From assembly GCF_006345805.1 (NCBI RefSeq), contig NC_043000.1:150350001-150414000 (forward strand): a stretch of 64,000 nt of DNA, given 5' to 3'. A program made the translations under genes and the position numbers. Shown here one piece after another: positions 63,751 through 64,000 of the stretch. The notes beneath the pieces were generated by a model that was not told the DNA's origin, searched no databases, and saw only the letters and a list, made by a program, of their open reading frames with translations. Every line of letters begins with the position of its first letter. The first letter of the stretch is position 1. Source of the stretch: Octopus sinensis. Its lineage: Eukaryota.

Positions 63751-64000
63751 CAATGTCTTGGTCAGGGGTAGGCAACAAACAACTTTCTTTTGTCCCCAAC
63801 CAAGATTTTAAAGCCTACATCCTTTGGTACCCTTTCTCTGTAAGCAAGATAGCTTTGCTTGAATCTCCTCAACAAATGGTCTTGGAACCAAGTGGATTTT
63901 ATCAATATTGAAGAACTCTTTATCCTTGCAAAGCTCTGGCAGCAGATATGATGGAATCAATTTGATTGGAGTGAATCTTATTTGTAAACAAGATCAAAAT

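Noticed and set aside
63770-64000. Gypsy RT-like remnant on the minus strand
   Set aside because: A short weak resemblance (LVPRPFVEEIQAKL) without diagnostic motifs.
55000-64000. Earlier MRPL45 exons
   Set aside because: Searched by eye on the minus strand and none were recognised; they probably lie beyond the right edge.

Overview
AT-rich, repeat-dense metazoan genomic DNA. The repeat families look like those of an octopus (inferred from repeat style and gene sequences; not confirmed by search). Two intron-containing genes lie on the minus strand. One is a MEF2 MADS-box transcription factor: four coding exons (9719-9666, 5331-5128, 1580-1452, 254-32, continuing off the left edge) and a probable non-coding first exon ending at 20148 in a CpG-enriched region. 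The other is MRPL45: its last two coding exons (54956-54807, 47682-47401); earlier exons were not found in the window. The rest is decayed mobile DNA: several tRNA-derived SINE families, 5'-truncated RTE LINE ends, two tandem R4/Dong-type LINEs joined by AAT/AAC microsatellites, CR1-like ends, three mariner types, TTAA piggyBac-type MITEs, two non-autonomous Helitrons, a Merlin/hAT-like MITE and foldback elements. The most unusual structure is a 3.65 kb array of about 89 copies of a 41-bp unit that grew from the last codons of a CR1-like LINE and carries a three-state variant pattern. Next is a MRPL45 exon enclosed almost symmetrically by two ~96% identical inverted RTE fragments, with a 258-bp hairpin beside its donor. 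No CRISPR, rRNA or true tRNA genes were seen. All alignments, identities and counts were done by eye, and repeat boundaries are approximate unless a TSD is given.
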